Source: Chrysomallon squamiferum (taxonomy: Eukaryota > Animalia > Mollusca). From it: a stretch of DNA of 64,000 nucleotides. Positions 1 through 18,722 of the stretch are shown in pieces. The DNA is taken from contig CM022667.1 in assembly GCA_012295275.1 (NCBI GenBank), forward strand, positions 3,720,001 through 3,784,000, in the 5' to 3' direction. Numbering within the stretch: the stretch's first letter is position 1; the number at the start of each line of letters is the position of its first letter. Made by a program: the position numbers and the translations under genes. Under the pieces are notes generated by a model. The model was not told the DNA's origin, did no database searches, and saw nothing but the letters and a program-made list of their open reading frames with translations.

Positions 1-14
1 AATGTTTTTGACTA

Positions 15-143
15 CAGAGACAAATCCAGGGAGGGGTTGCAGGGAGGGGGGGTCTGGATCACACTGCTGATGAGTCGTATTAGTTTAAAAGTCATTTTTA
101 TATGCAAAACTGTTATTATTTGTGGTTCTCCTTTAATTCAAAA

Positions 144-181
<38 letters not shown>

Positions 182-300
182 ATTCAAAAATTAAAAGCTC
201 CACTTTTTTTTTACCATTGGGTTTAGCAGTTTTTATTCCATAAATTTAAAACTCATTTTTATAAGCAACAATTATTATTTGTGCTTCTCCTTTAATTTAA

Positions 301-377
<77 letters not shown>

Positions 378-506
378 GAATAATAAATATAGAAATCCAA
401 AGCCTCACTTATTTTTGTACCAATGAGTTTAGCAGTTTTTATTCTGTAAATTTCTGGTACTAAATGTTCAGACACTCCCTTGCAGTTATTTCTGGATCTG
501 CACCTG
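15..506. mobile_element. Degenerate MITE-like element with an internal duplication and (AAT)n tract
   Basis: Imperfect inverted termini CAGAGACAAATCCAGG (15-30) and TCTGGATCTGCACCTG (491-506), 11/16 match, with a G-rich subterminal stretch. Internal direct duplication 181-247 vs 393-453. No clear TSD. Confidence 0.35.
301..377. repeat. (AAT)n microsatellite
   Basis: Direct reading; source of the poly-Tyr ORF 275-475. Confidence 0.95.
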
Positions 507-759
507 TTTATAGAAGCCTATTGAATTTTTTTTTTTTTTTTTTTTTCTATTTCTTTTTGGACTTATTTTTAATGCTCTTATGGAAATGAACTTTGAACTA
601 AAACTCTGCTTATACATAAAACATTTTTATATTCACCTGCACAATTCACTGTCCTCTGGATATGATTGTGAATAATTCAAACTGTATTTAATTTGAAAAA
701 TTCAAATATTTAAAACAAAGTACCAGAGCTGTATTGTTAATGTTTTAATTTTTTTTTTC

Positions 760-794
<35 letters not shown>

Positions 795-2202
795 TTATTT
801 CACTATTATTTAAATATATAATTATTATTTAATTATTTTATTAATGTAATTTGTTAATTTATTTACTTTACCTGTTCCATACAATATTTCATGCAAATTA
901 TATTTTACTTTAAAAATCATGAAAATGTGATTTAACATGACTTTGTTGTGGAGTAGGGCTATTGGACTAGTTTTTAGAGTTTCTTTACTTTTATTATAAT
1001 AAATTAATTATAATTATTTATTATTATTGAAAGATAAAAATGTATTTTATTGAATGCACAATGTGAAAATAAACATTTACAGTTCTTTTTGTTGTTGTTT
1101 TATTAAACTTACCTATGTTTTAGAATATGTGTAAAAATAAATCAACCAAAGTTCATTTCACATACTTCAATGAGAAAGATTTAAAATAAGATTGACGTAG
1201 ATATAATTGAATCATTCCCCCTTTTTTTTAAATTTAAATTAAAAATAAGAAATACAGATGAATACAAGTTTTAACCCTAATTTTTTTTTTTTTTTTTTTG
1301 AATATAATTTTCTATATTATATAAATGCAAATAAAATAAATAAATAAAAATAATAACTGATTGGTTAATGTTATTTTGTTGTATCTTTAATTTAACATTT
1401 ATTTTGTCTTTTAATATATAATTTGTATATAGGACCTCCTTAATATTTATACTAAATACATCAGTTCTTTCTACCATTTCTCATTTATTTCACGTTAATG
1501 ATTTTGTAAATAAATTCTAAAATAAAAATGATAAAGAATAAATCCAAGAAGAAACCTTTTTTTTCTGCACAAGACATAAACTTTGGATCAACGCTTTGTT
1601 TTGAAGGAAAACTAATACAAACGAAAGCTGGGAGTTTGGGCGGACGATAAACCCTTGATATTTAGGAGGAGATAACTTTCAACACATCCGGAAAATTAGG
1701 TTTTTAAAATGTTTTATTCTTTATATTTTTTCTGACATAAATTGAAGGAAGCTTGCATAAAATAATCAAGAAGTTTATAGCCTGAGCGCATGTATCGGGT
1801 AACATTGTCTAAAACGTTTTATTTTCGATTAATAGAGATAACTGTTTTATTTACAAACAATTAATTCATGATTCCTTGATTGTCATCTTGTCACTGTCAG
1901 CATCATGGATTCATGATAATCATTATTAAAACATTATGATTTTATCAAGTTTATGAGTAATGGCTTTAAATAATTTACTATATATATATTAATGTTATAA
2001 ATAAACACGTAAATAAATTAATTAAAAACGACATCATTGTAGGTATTAATTAACAGTCATTATTTCAACTATTTTAAAAATACTTTTATATTGATACAAT
2101 TTCTAAATATATTTTTTCTACCTCATTTAGGCAATGGATACATGGTATATCAGCAAGTAGTGTCGGAGATTAACTGTCTCAGTATCTGTGGCAGTCTGCA
2201 TC

Positions 2203-5200
2203 ATGGTTAAATTTGGGAAAATTTTGGTTTGTGGGATGACTGGAACGGGAAAAACATCAATAATAGAACAATTGTTGTATGGAAACCATGTAGCAGAGTC
2301 TGTGAGTGCTTTTTGAAGTTTTTATTTTTTAATATTTTATAAAATTCTTCTTCATTTTGTTAATTTTATTATTTAAAAAAAGAAATAAAAATGTGAAAAA
2401 CAAAACTGAGAAAAAGAATATCTTAGCAGGATAGATCTATGGAGGTTGACATAATTATTAAGATTAAATTAGTTTCAAAATGAATTATAAAAAACACTAG
2501 AATTTGTAACAGCTTTTTATATATATTTTGAAAGACAAATGATAAAAGTAAAGTAAAACAAAACTGATATAGATATAAATCAAATATTGTTTGATATATC
2601 ATATCAAATGCATGAAACTGTGTTGCTTTTTTTAATTTAAAAATATTTAAATTAAATTCAGTATATATAATGGTAATTTTAAAATTAAATTCAGTACAGA
2701 TATTCAAAAATATTTGAATTAAATTCAGTATATATAGTGGTAATTTTAAAATTATATTCAGTATATATTGCAGTAATTTAAAAATATTTAAATTAAATTC
2801 AGTACAGATATTTAAAAATATTTAAATTAAATTCAGTATATATAGTGGTAATTTTAAAAAATTTAAATTAAATTCAGTATATATTGCAGTAACTTTAAAA
2901 TATTTAAATCAAATTCAATATTTATTGTGGTAATTTTAAAATATTTAAAGTAATTAAAAAAAAAAAATAACATTTTTGTTTCTTTTCTAAGCCCATGGTG
3001 CCAACAATTGAAGATATTTACACTGCTGTCATAGAAACGGATCGAGGCCAGAAAGAAAAAGTCCGAATATTTGATATTTCAGGACTGGTGAGGTCACAAA
3101 TAACTGATTCCATTTCTGTTTGGTAACACATAATTAACTCCTACTCAGTTAAGATGATTTGCATGATTTGCCTTTCAGAATTTTCATCATTAACATTAAA
3201 GTTACATTATATTCAAACGAGAAAAATTATGTACTTTGGAACTGACTGACAGTAATAGACAATGCAAATCACAATGTTTTTGATTATATTTAACATTCAA
3301 AAATAATAATAAATCAAATAAAATAAAAGTGTTTAGGAACCATATTATATTGAAATTGTGTTTCTTTTAATGTAAATGTGGTTTTGTTTATTTTTGGATA
3401 GGTTTTCAGAGTTGCCTTGGTATTGAGTAAAATTTAACAGATATTGTGAATGTTCCATTGTTAACAAGATAAAGACATTTTTTTATTATTATTATTATTG
3501 TTTGACTTTCAGGATGGATCTGGTAGTGATGCACACAAACATTACCTGAATTATCCAGAGGTAAAATTAAAATAATATAAAATAGTATAATAGAGACTCC
3601 ACATTGATGTAAATGTTCAGTTAATTAAAGATACTCTGTCAGAGAGAGAAAGAGAGCAATTATGCATGCACTAATGCTATAATAATTAATATAATTGTTA
3701 AAGAGAGAGACATTTAATTCTGTAAAAGTAAAATTGTTATTGTTTGGTGTATGTGTGTAATATATATATAAATAAAACGTGTGTGTTTTGTGTATGTGTA
3801 TTTGTATATCTATGTATCTATCTGTGTGTGTCTATATATATATATATTTAAGTTAATATTGTTGTTTACCTAGGGTTTTGTTATGGTCTACGATATTACA
3901 AACTTTGAATCGTTTAAAAGGCTGGACAAGATGAAGAAGGACATTGATAAACATCGAGATAAAAGAGATGTAAGTTATGAAATATATTTATACTTCAAGA
4001 ATAACATCCTTAATGAAATACATTTATACTTTCCTAAAAATAAAGTATAAATACAATAAAACTTTGCCCAAACTATGTCATATGAGCCATTTTTTTTTTT
4101 TTTTTTGTTTCTTATGATGTTACCTGTCAATATATTAACTGTTTTTCAACCAGTCATTAAACTTATGTTTCTTGTTGCCATAGATACATATCATTGCCCT
4201 GGGCAACAAGAGCGATCTGACGGATCAGAGACAGGTTGATTTCAACACAGCACAGATGTGGGCAGCCAAGGAGAAAAGTGCGAGTTTTTTAAAACAAAAT
4301 ATTTTATAGATGACTTTTTTCAAAGTTACTTTTTATATATATATTATTAAATTAGAATTTTTTTTTTAAATTTAATGATATTTACACTGTCAAATCTGTT
4401 AAAATTATTTTTAATACTTACCTACTTACCAACCTACCTGAATACATACATACATACATACATACATACATACATACATACATACATACATACATACATA
4501 CATACATACCTACATACATACATACATACATACATACAAACATACAAACAAACAGAGAGAAAGAGAGGGAGGGAGAGAAAAGCAGTAATAAAGATTCTAA
4601 CTGTCAGTTTTGTTGATGTCTGTTTACAGTACGTCTGTGGGAGGTAACTGTGACTAACCGCCAATCACTCATTGAGCCGTTTCAGTGGCTGACATCAAAG
4701 ATAACCGCACCCACAAGTACGTATAATTGGCAGCTAACTTGTAGTTGTTCAACTGGTGAAAAAGGACGGTAGAGCTTCTCACTGAGGTGCGACATTTTGT
4801 AGACCCATCCCCCTACCATTCAACACCCCCCACCCCTGTGAATGACCCCTGACACAACCTCCCTGTTAGACATCTCTCATTACAGTGAAATGAATTTATT
4901 TCGGAATTTTAGTCCCACCTCTCAAGGAACGATTGTACTAGCGCATTTAAACCCAAATTTTTATTTTAATCATATTAGGCTTGATGAATTAATTTTTATT
5001 ATTATTTGTTAATTCATTCATTCGTTGAATATTTACATGCTTAATACAACATGCTTTATTATAATGAAATATATTTATATTTTTTTAGATACTTAACATA
5101 TGAATTTTCATTTTACATCAAAAATGAATAGTCTTTTTTTAATAAATTTTTTACTTTTTTAATTTTAATTTTGGTAAGTTTTTCGTGATTTTACCAACTT

Positions 5201-6027
5201 TTGGCTTATTTCTTGACAGAGCCACTGTAAATCCATGATCATTGTTTAAAGCCAATTTTTTCCTGCTAGTGGAAACTTGCATTAGTAGAAGTAATGCCCA
5301 AAATGGCTGGCATCATACTTAAATCTCTCTTAAACCATGTGGTGTTAAAAAAAAAAAAAATTGGGGGGAATGGATATAAAAAAAATTATTGTTAATAATC
5401 CCTTTGTTTGTTTAGTACTATGCTGGTAAAAATTCTAAGATAATAATCCATTTGTTTGTTTAGTATTGTGTTGAAAACTTGTGTCATATAGACATAATGA
5501 AATTATCAAAATGTGAGACGAACGTTCATTTTTTGTTTTATATTCATATTCATTTTATTAGACATAGGAGGACTGTAAATCAAATTATAAAGTATTGTAA
5601 ATCCTATTCCAAACATAAAGTATTCCATATCCCATTAAAAAACATAGCCATGAATTGAAGATTATACATGGGGGGGGGGAAATGCTATGAAAAAAATCCT
5701 TTCTGTTAATAAATACAAACAGTAATCAGTGTTGCCTAAGTAGATTTCTTTTCTCAATATTATTTCTTTTTTTACACTTGTTACATTAATTCATTAATTC
5801 TTTCAATTTATTTATTTAAAATTATAAATGAAGTTAAAACAAAAATCAGTTTTAAATGTAAATAAATTACAGTCTTTCAACTTTTGATGTTTAATGGTTA
5901 ATGTTCTGTGACAAATGAATTAATGTTTTCTTGTGATTTTTCTTCTTTTTTTTTTTTAGGTAAATCAACATTTCTTCCAAGCAGAAAGACAAAAGCATCA
6001 AGCAGCAGCATACTAACAGAAACTTAG
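2203..6027 (+). CDS. NKIRAS: NF-kappaB inhibitor-interacting Ras-like protein (kappaB-Ras), 7 coding exons, 195 aa
   Basis: Exons 2203-2301, 2992-3087, 3513-3560, 3874-3969, 4184-4277, 4630-4716, 5960-6027; all GT-AG and phase-consistent (588 nt). Translation MVKFGKILVCGMTGTGKTSIIEQLLYGNHV..IEDIYTAVIETDRGQKEKVRIFDISGL..GFVMVYD..LGNKSD..WAAKEKIRLWEVTV..LIEPF..SKSTFLPSRKTK. The EQLLYGNH and ETDRG signatures and the lack of a CAAX box match the kappaB-Ras family. Confidence 0.95.
2630..2950. repeat. AT-rich minisatellite (about 29-41 bp units) in NKIRAS intron 1
   Basis: Repeated aaaatatttaaattaaattcagtatatatagtggtaatttt variants, about 8 copies. Confidence 0.85.
4442..4540. repeat. (TACA)n microsatellite
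   Basis: Direct reading. Confidence 0.95.
4768..4813 (+). mobile_element. Decayed tRNA-derived SINE head (A-box-like GGTAGAGC, degraded B-box)
   Basis: GGTAGAGCTTCTCACTGAGGTGCGACATTTTGTAGACCCATCCCC has tRNA-like D-arm wording, but no cloverleaf and no intact GTTCRA. Confidence 0.3.
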
Positions 6028-7052
6028 AACTTGTTGATTTACTTATAATGTGGATAAAAATGAAGCTCAAAGTTCAGTTTTTATCATTTTGTAAACATAT
6101 TTAAAAAAAAAAAACCCAACCCACACACATCTGAAAAATGACCATGTGATCATTTTAATGGAAAAAGATTTGAGAGAAAAAAATTGAAAATTAAATAATT
6201 TATTGCATATTTGTCACACATTTCATGTTTCTTAGATTGTTTACTTTTTAAAAAATGTATATTTATCAGTTTTGACAGTTTTGTTTTTTTTGTTTTGTTT
6301 ATATGTTTGTTTATTTGGTTTTCTTATTTTCTAGTTTGGTAATGGGTTCTTTTTCACATCAGTTTATTAAATTGTTTATTTATTTATGTTTATGTTAATC
6401 AGTTACTTGTCATTTTATTTTATTTTTAATATTAATTTTTTTTAATGTTAATTAGATGTCTGTCATTATTTTCACATCTCCTGGTTTGTTAATGTTTGTA
6501 CTTTTAATTTATTTCAATATTTATTTGTGTTATATGTCAATCTTTTCACATGTTCAAGTTCATTGCTTCTTAGAAATCTGTTTCAGAATTTCAGGAAAGG
6601 GATAGGGACACCATTATCATAAAGAGAAAAAAAAAAAAAATAGAGCACCTTGCCCCTTCACTTTTGTTCAATATTTATTGTGACAATCGCCGTCTTTTTG
6701 TTTTATCAGAGAGTAACAACAAAAATAAACATTAACACTCATCAGTTTACAGATTATACAGTGGATCTAGAACCATCAACATATCAACTAAGCAATTTTG
6801 TTTTACTGTCTTTCACCGATTTCTTTTAAAGGTCCAAAGAACCAAACAAGAAGTAATTTAAAATATATATATGCACACACACACACGTGTATATTAAATT
6901 ATTTCTGTTTTAGTCTCTTCAGGCCTTTAGAAATTAGTTGAAAAGGATTTATTCATATATTTCTCCCAAGTTCAGTATTTTTTTACACTGATAAATCTTT
7001 TTTTGCACTGATGTTCAGGATTGCCAGATCCTGCCTTTGTAACAAAATTTGG

Positions 7053-7124
7053 ATCTAGCCTAAGTTATCTACACTAAATTATCTAGCCTAAGTTATCTAT
7101 ACCAAGTTATCTAGCCTAAATTAC
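7053..7124. repeat. 28-bp tandem repeat, about 2.5 copies
   Basis: atctagcctaagttatctacactaaatt / atctagcctaagttatctataccaagtt / atctagcctaaattac. Confidence 0.85.
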
Positions 7125-9670
7125 TTCTACTTACCCACCAATCATTTCATACATTCTTGTTTTCTTTATTTCGAAACTAGAAAATATTGTTTTTCAAATG
7201 TTCAGTTAATATTGGGACTGTAATAAAATAATAATAATAAGCTTTTCTACTTTAAATTTTCTGAACGTTATCTCAGGCTAGGCATTTTTAGACTGGTGTA
7301 TCTAAAGTTTTATTTAAATTTCAGTTGTTAAATCAGTTTATTCCTTTCAACTTATTTTGATTAGAATAGTCGTTTAGCAGTTTTGTCCAAGACAATGTTT
7401 TAAGACATAATAAGTTAATATATGAAGATCACCTTCGATGTTTGAAACTGGTAACAGAGTAATACAAAAAAATGAATGGTAGAAAATATATGAATTATTT
7501 ATTTACCTATATTATCAAACTTTAGTTTATTTGTTTGCTAATGTTTGTTACATGGTCAGAAAATGTTTCCTGGTATAGATTATCAAGTGACCATGGCTCT
7601 AAACAAACATTTCCACCAAACATTCTGCAGTTTATAAAAACTGGATACTAGTTAATTTATTCTTAATGATGAGCAGTTTTTGAAAACCTAGTCACTTGCA
7701 AGTTTATAGTTTGTTATTTTCAATGTTGGTGCCTTTTTAAATGTTTTTTTTTTGCAATACTTCTGTACTGTTTGAAATAAATAATTGAAAAATTTATTGG
7801 AGTTAAGTTATTTATTTTATTGTCACCTATATTTATGCTATTTTCTAAATCAAAATGGTATATACTTATAACTTATGCTATATAATTTAATTTAATTTAA
7901 TTTAATGTTGCATTGCACTGAGTTTTTATTTATTTTTTATTTTATCAGTTACCATGTTAACACAATTGTCTTTTTGTGAATAACGACCTATATTTTATTA
8001 CAAGTTCTGATCTCTGAACAAGGTCAAAAATAATTATGTTATCATCACGTTTTAACTGAGAAGTCAGAAATGACAACAAAATGTTAACAATTTTTATTTA
8101 TTTACAGTTGTAATAAACAATCGTGCAACCATTTGGTTCATTCAGATACACCAAAAATATTTTTTTATGACTTCATCAGCTGTATTCTCAATTGAAATTT
8201 TGTTAATGACAATAATTGATACATTCTGTTTCAACGTATCAAAATTATTTAATATTCTAAGTATTATGTGAAAGTTCTTTTCAGTTATCATATAAATAAT
8301 ACAAGTTCTAACATATTTTTAATAACTTGATTTTAAGCAGGCTGCTATCAGCCATACATTTTGCAATGAATACCTTGCAATATTCTTTATGCTGTATAAC
8401 CAGAATAACAGATTTTTATCAAAATACACAGCATATGTTCAACTATCATCTAGCATTATATGAATGATTTATAAATATATATATTTAAAACATTTAAATG
8501 TAACATCACTAGAAAGTTTAGAATAAAGGAAAGAGTGGTATTTACAGTAATTTGTGAAATGAAATTAAGAAAGGTGAGAACCTCAAATATGGTGACATGA
8601 TGCAGAAAATGATTATAAAATGAATATCAGATGAAGTGATAGTTCCAAAAAAAAAGAAGAAAAAAAAGCAGCATGAAAAAAATGAGTTGAGAAAGAACAA
8701 GGTGTTCGCTGAAAGAAGAAAGCTAATATGAACAAGTTAATATCTTTAAAAATATTTATCACAAACTATTCCAATAATTTATCTCAAATGTTTAGCTACA
8801 TCAGTTAAAAAAAAGAGCAAAATTCTAGTATACACACAGGCAGTAAGTATGCAGACCAATTTAAAATTATCAGCATTATCATATCCTAAGTTAAAAAAAC
8901 AAAACAATGAACGAACAACATTAAAGATGTATAAATGATTTACATTAGTATTTATTATTCAGTAGTACATCTATTAAACACAATAATTATATATACACAT
9001 ATCAAATTGCTCACAAGTATCATTGTAATATGGTTAAATCATACTATCTGGTGTCTGGTTGAATTTACTCCAATATTTACATTTCAGAGATACAAGTTTG
9101 AATTAGTGTTACTGATATATGAATAAAAAAGAGCATGTGACAATGATACTTCATTTAAAAAAAAAAAAAAAATAACTGTTTTGTTTGTTTTTTTCATTAA
9201 GAATAAATTAATAATAAATTAATAAACTATTAAAAATATTTTTTTTTAATGGTGACTCACACAAAAGAAATTCCATATGAGATAAATAACATAAAATTAT
9301 TTAAAATAGTGATTATTTTATTAATTATTTATTTCTAAATTATCAATAAAAGAATTTTTAAATATTTTTTTTATGACAAAAAAACAAAAAAAAAATAATA
9401 TCAACAATATGCAGTCACTGTCATAAAAACTGAAGAAAGCTGAAACAAAAGTGTTAATTTAAATTTTTCATGTCTATTAGATGTTTCCTTTCAAGAGAGT
9501 ATTTTAAATACTCAACCTAGTTGACTATTTTCAGATGGTGAAAGATGGTAGAAAATAAACCAGACACAAATGATAAATGCATCTTGATTGGAAACATGAA
9601 AACAAAAACACATTTTATTTTGCAATCACATAACAAAATTTAATAGTTTTTTTCTATAAAGTCAATAGAG

Positions 9671-17242
<7,572 letters not shown>

Positions 17243-17655
17243 GGATAAATATTAAAGTCAAGTAAATTGACTTAGATGACAAGAGAATAAAACAAAACAG
17301 GATTTTATTATTAAAATGCTATTTTTATCAATTTATTCCGAATAACATGGCGTTTACTTCCGAGATTGGTCACATGATCATTTTTGAGGGAGATAATCTG
17401 TGAAGCTTTCTGTTCTTATTTATTTCAAAAGGTTTTCGACTGAATATGAATCATACACCCAAACCTTTTCGCTGTTGTGACTCATAACCTTTAATAAATT
17501 GTTTAAATTCTCATATTAATTTTATTCTGAACAAAAATATGTTTATAAGAAAACTATATTTATTCTTAGCTCTGCCCAGTAATTATATTGTGAGAAATAT
17601 ATACCAGTGCCTGACAAGGGAAGGCGACCAAATACAATGAGTAATTCGTCCAGTA

Positions 17656-17694
<39 letters not shown>

Positions 17695-18713
17695 TACAAC
17701 CAGAACATACTTTAAAAAAAAAATAATAATAATAAAACAAATAATAATAAAAAAAAAAAAAAAAAAAAAACTTTTTATATTTAGACACGAATAGGTTTTT
17801 ACAAGTGTACGCTATTCAACTTATTGTGGTGTTGTCTTCAACTTTTTTTCATTCTGGAGTAAATTTCTATATTCAGCTTAATTTTAAATTCTAGGATTTA
17901 TATTTGAACAGTCTTTTAGGATTTGAAATATAATAATTAAGAGCTAAGTCTTGGTGACCTAGTCTCTATGTCATAAGGCTAAGCATTTTAATTGTATATT
18001 TCTGATATTTGATATCGAATGTATGTAACGTTGAACTTCTTAAAAAATTTATGTGTGCTTGTGTGTGTGTGTGTGTGTGTGTGTGTCCATGTGTCTGTGT
18101 GTAACATAAAGCTAATTTTTAAATTAGCATAATTAAATTTGTTTTTATATATTTAGTTATTGTCATAGCCATAACTTTTTAGATCAGTATAATGACGCTT
18201 GTCATGTGCGAAGGGAGGTAACTGAAGTATCAAAAACGCATTGTTCAGCATTTTAAAGAGAATGTTTAATGCAAGTAAAGTTTGTGACAGCATGTTTTTT
18301 TTTATACTGATTCTCGCAATTGTTATATATTTAGCTATAACGATTTTTGCAATCGACTAGAATATTTATCTGAAAAGATTTTGTATAGTAAACACTAACA
18401 TACAAGATGAACATGTATACTGCCAAAATTAATTGCACCTCAAAACATATCTTCATAATAATATTGATATATTTTCACTGTTGCAGAAATAACGCGGTAT
18501 TATTAAGTAGAAATTTTAAAATGTTTAAAAACTAAAAAAAAAAAAAAAAAATTTAAGTAAAAAAAAAGAAAAGAAGCAATATTATAAACAAGCTAAACTG
18601 AACAGGTTTTTAATATAGAAATTAAAATAATTTATACAAAAACTAAAAATGTTTGAATAATTAGTTTAAATAAAATATAAACTTCAGTTAATGATACTGT
18701 TTGTTTATTTCAG
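17243..18713. promoter_or_regulatory. Bidirectional promoter / 5' UTR region shared by head-to-head VPS4 and ACSF3
   Basis: Divergent start codons at 17242 (-) and 18723 (+). Motif cluster at 17344-17398: AACATGGCG (YY1-like), ACTTCCG (ETS), ATTGG (CCAAT), GTCACATGA (M-box/E-box). An acceptor at 18712-18713 implies ACSF3 has upstream non-coding exon(s). Confidence 0.6.
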
Positions 18714-18722
18714 ATTGGACAG

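Noticed and set aside
66-100. CTGATGAGTC resembling a hammerhead ribozyme core
   Set aside because: No complementary stem II followed by GAAA, and no stems I/III.
2630-2950. Regularly spaced repeats suggestive of a CRISPR array
   Set aside because: Eukaryotic intron; the units abut without unique spacers and there are no cas genes.
4768-4813. Possible tRNA gene
   Set aside because: No acceptor stem, no intact T-loop GTTCRA and no cloverleaf; at best a SINE relic.
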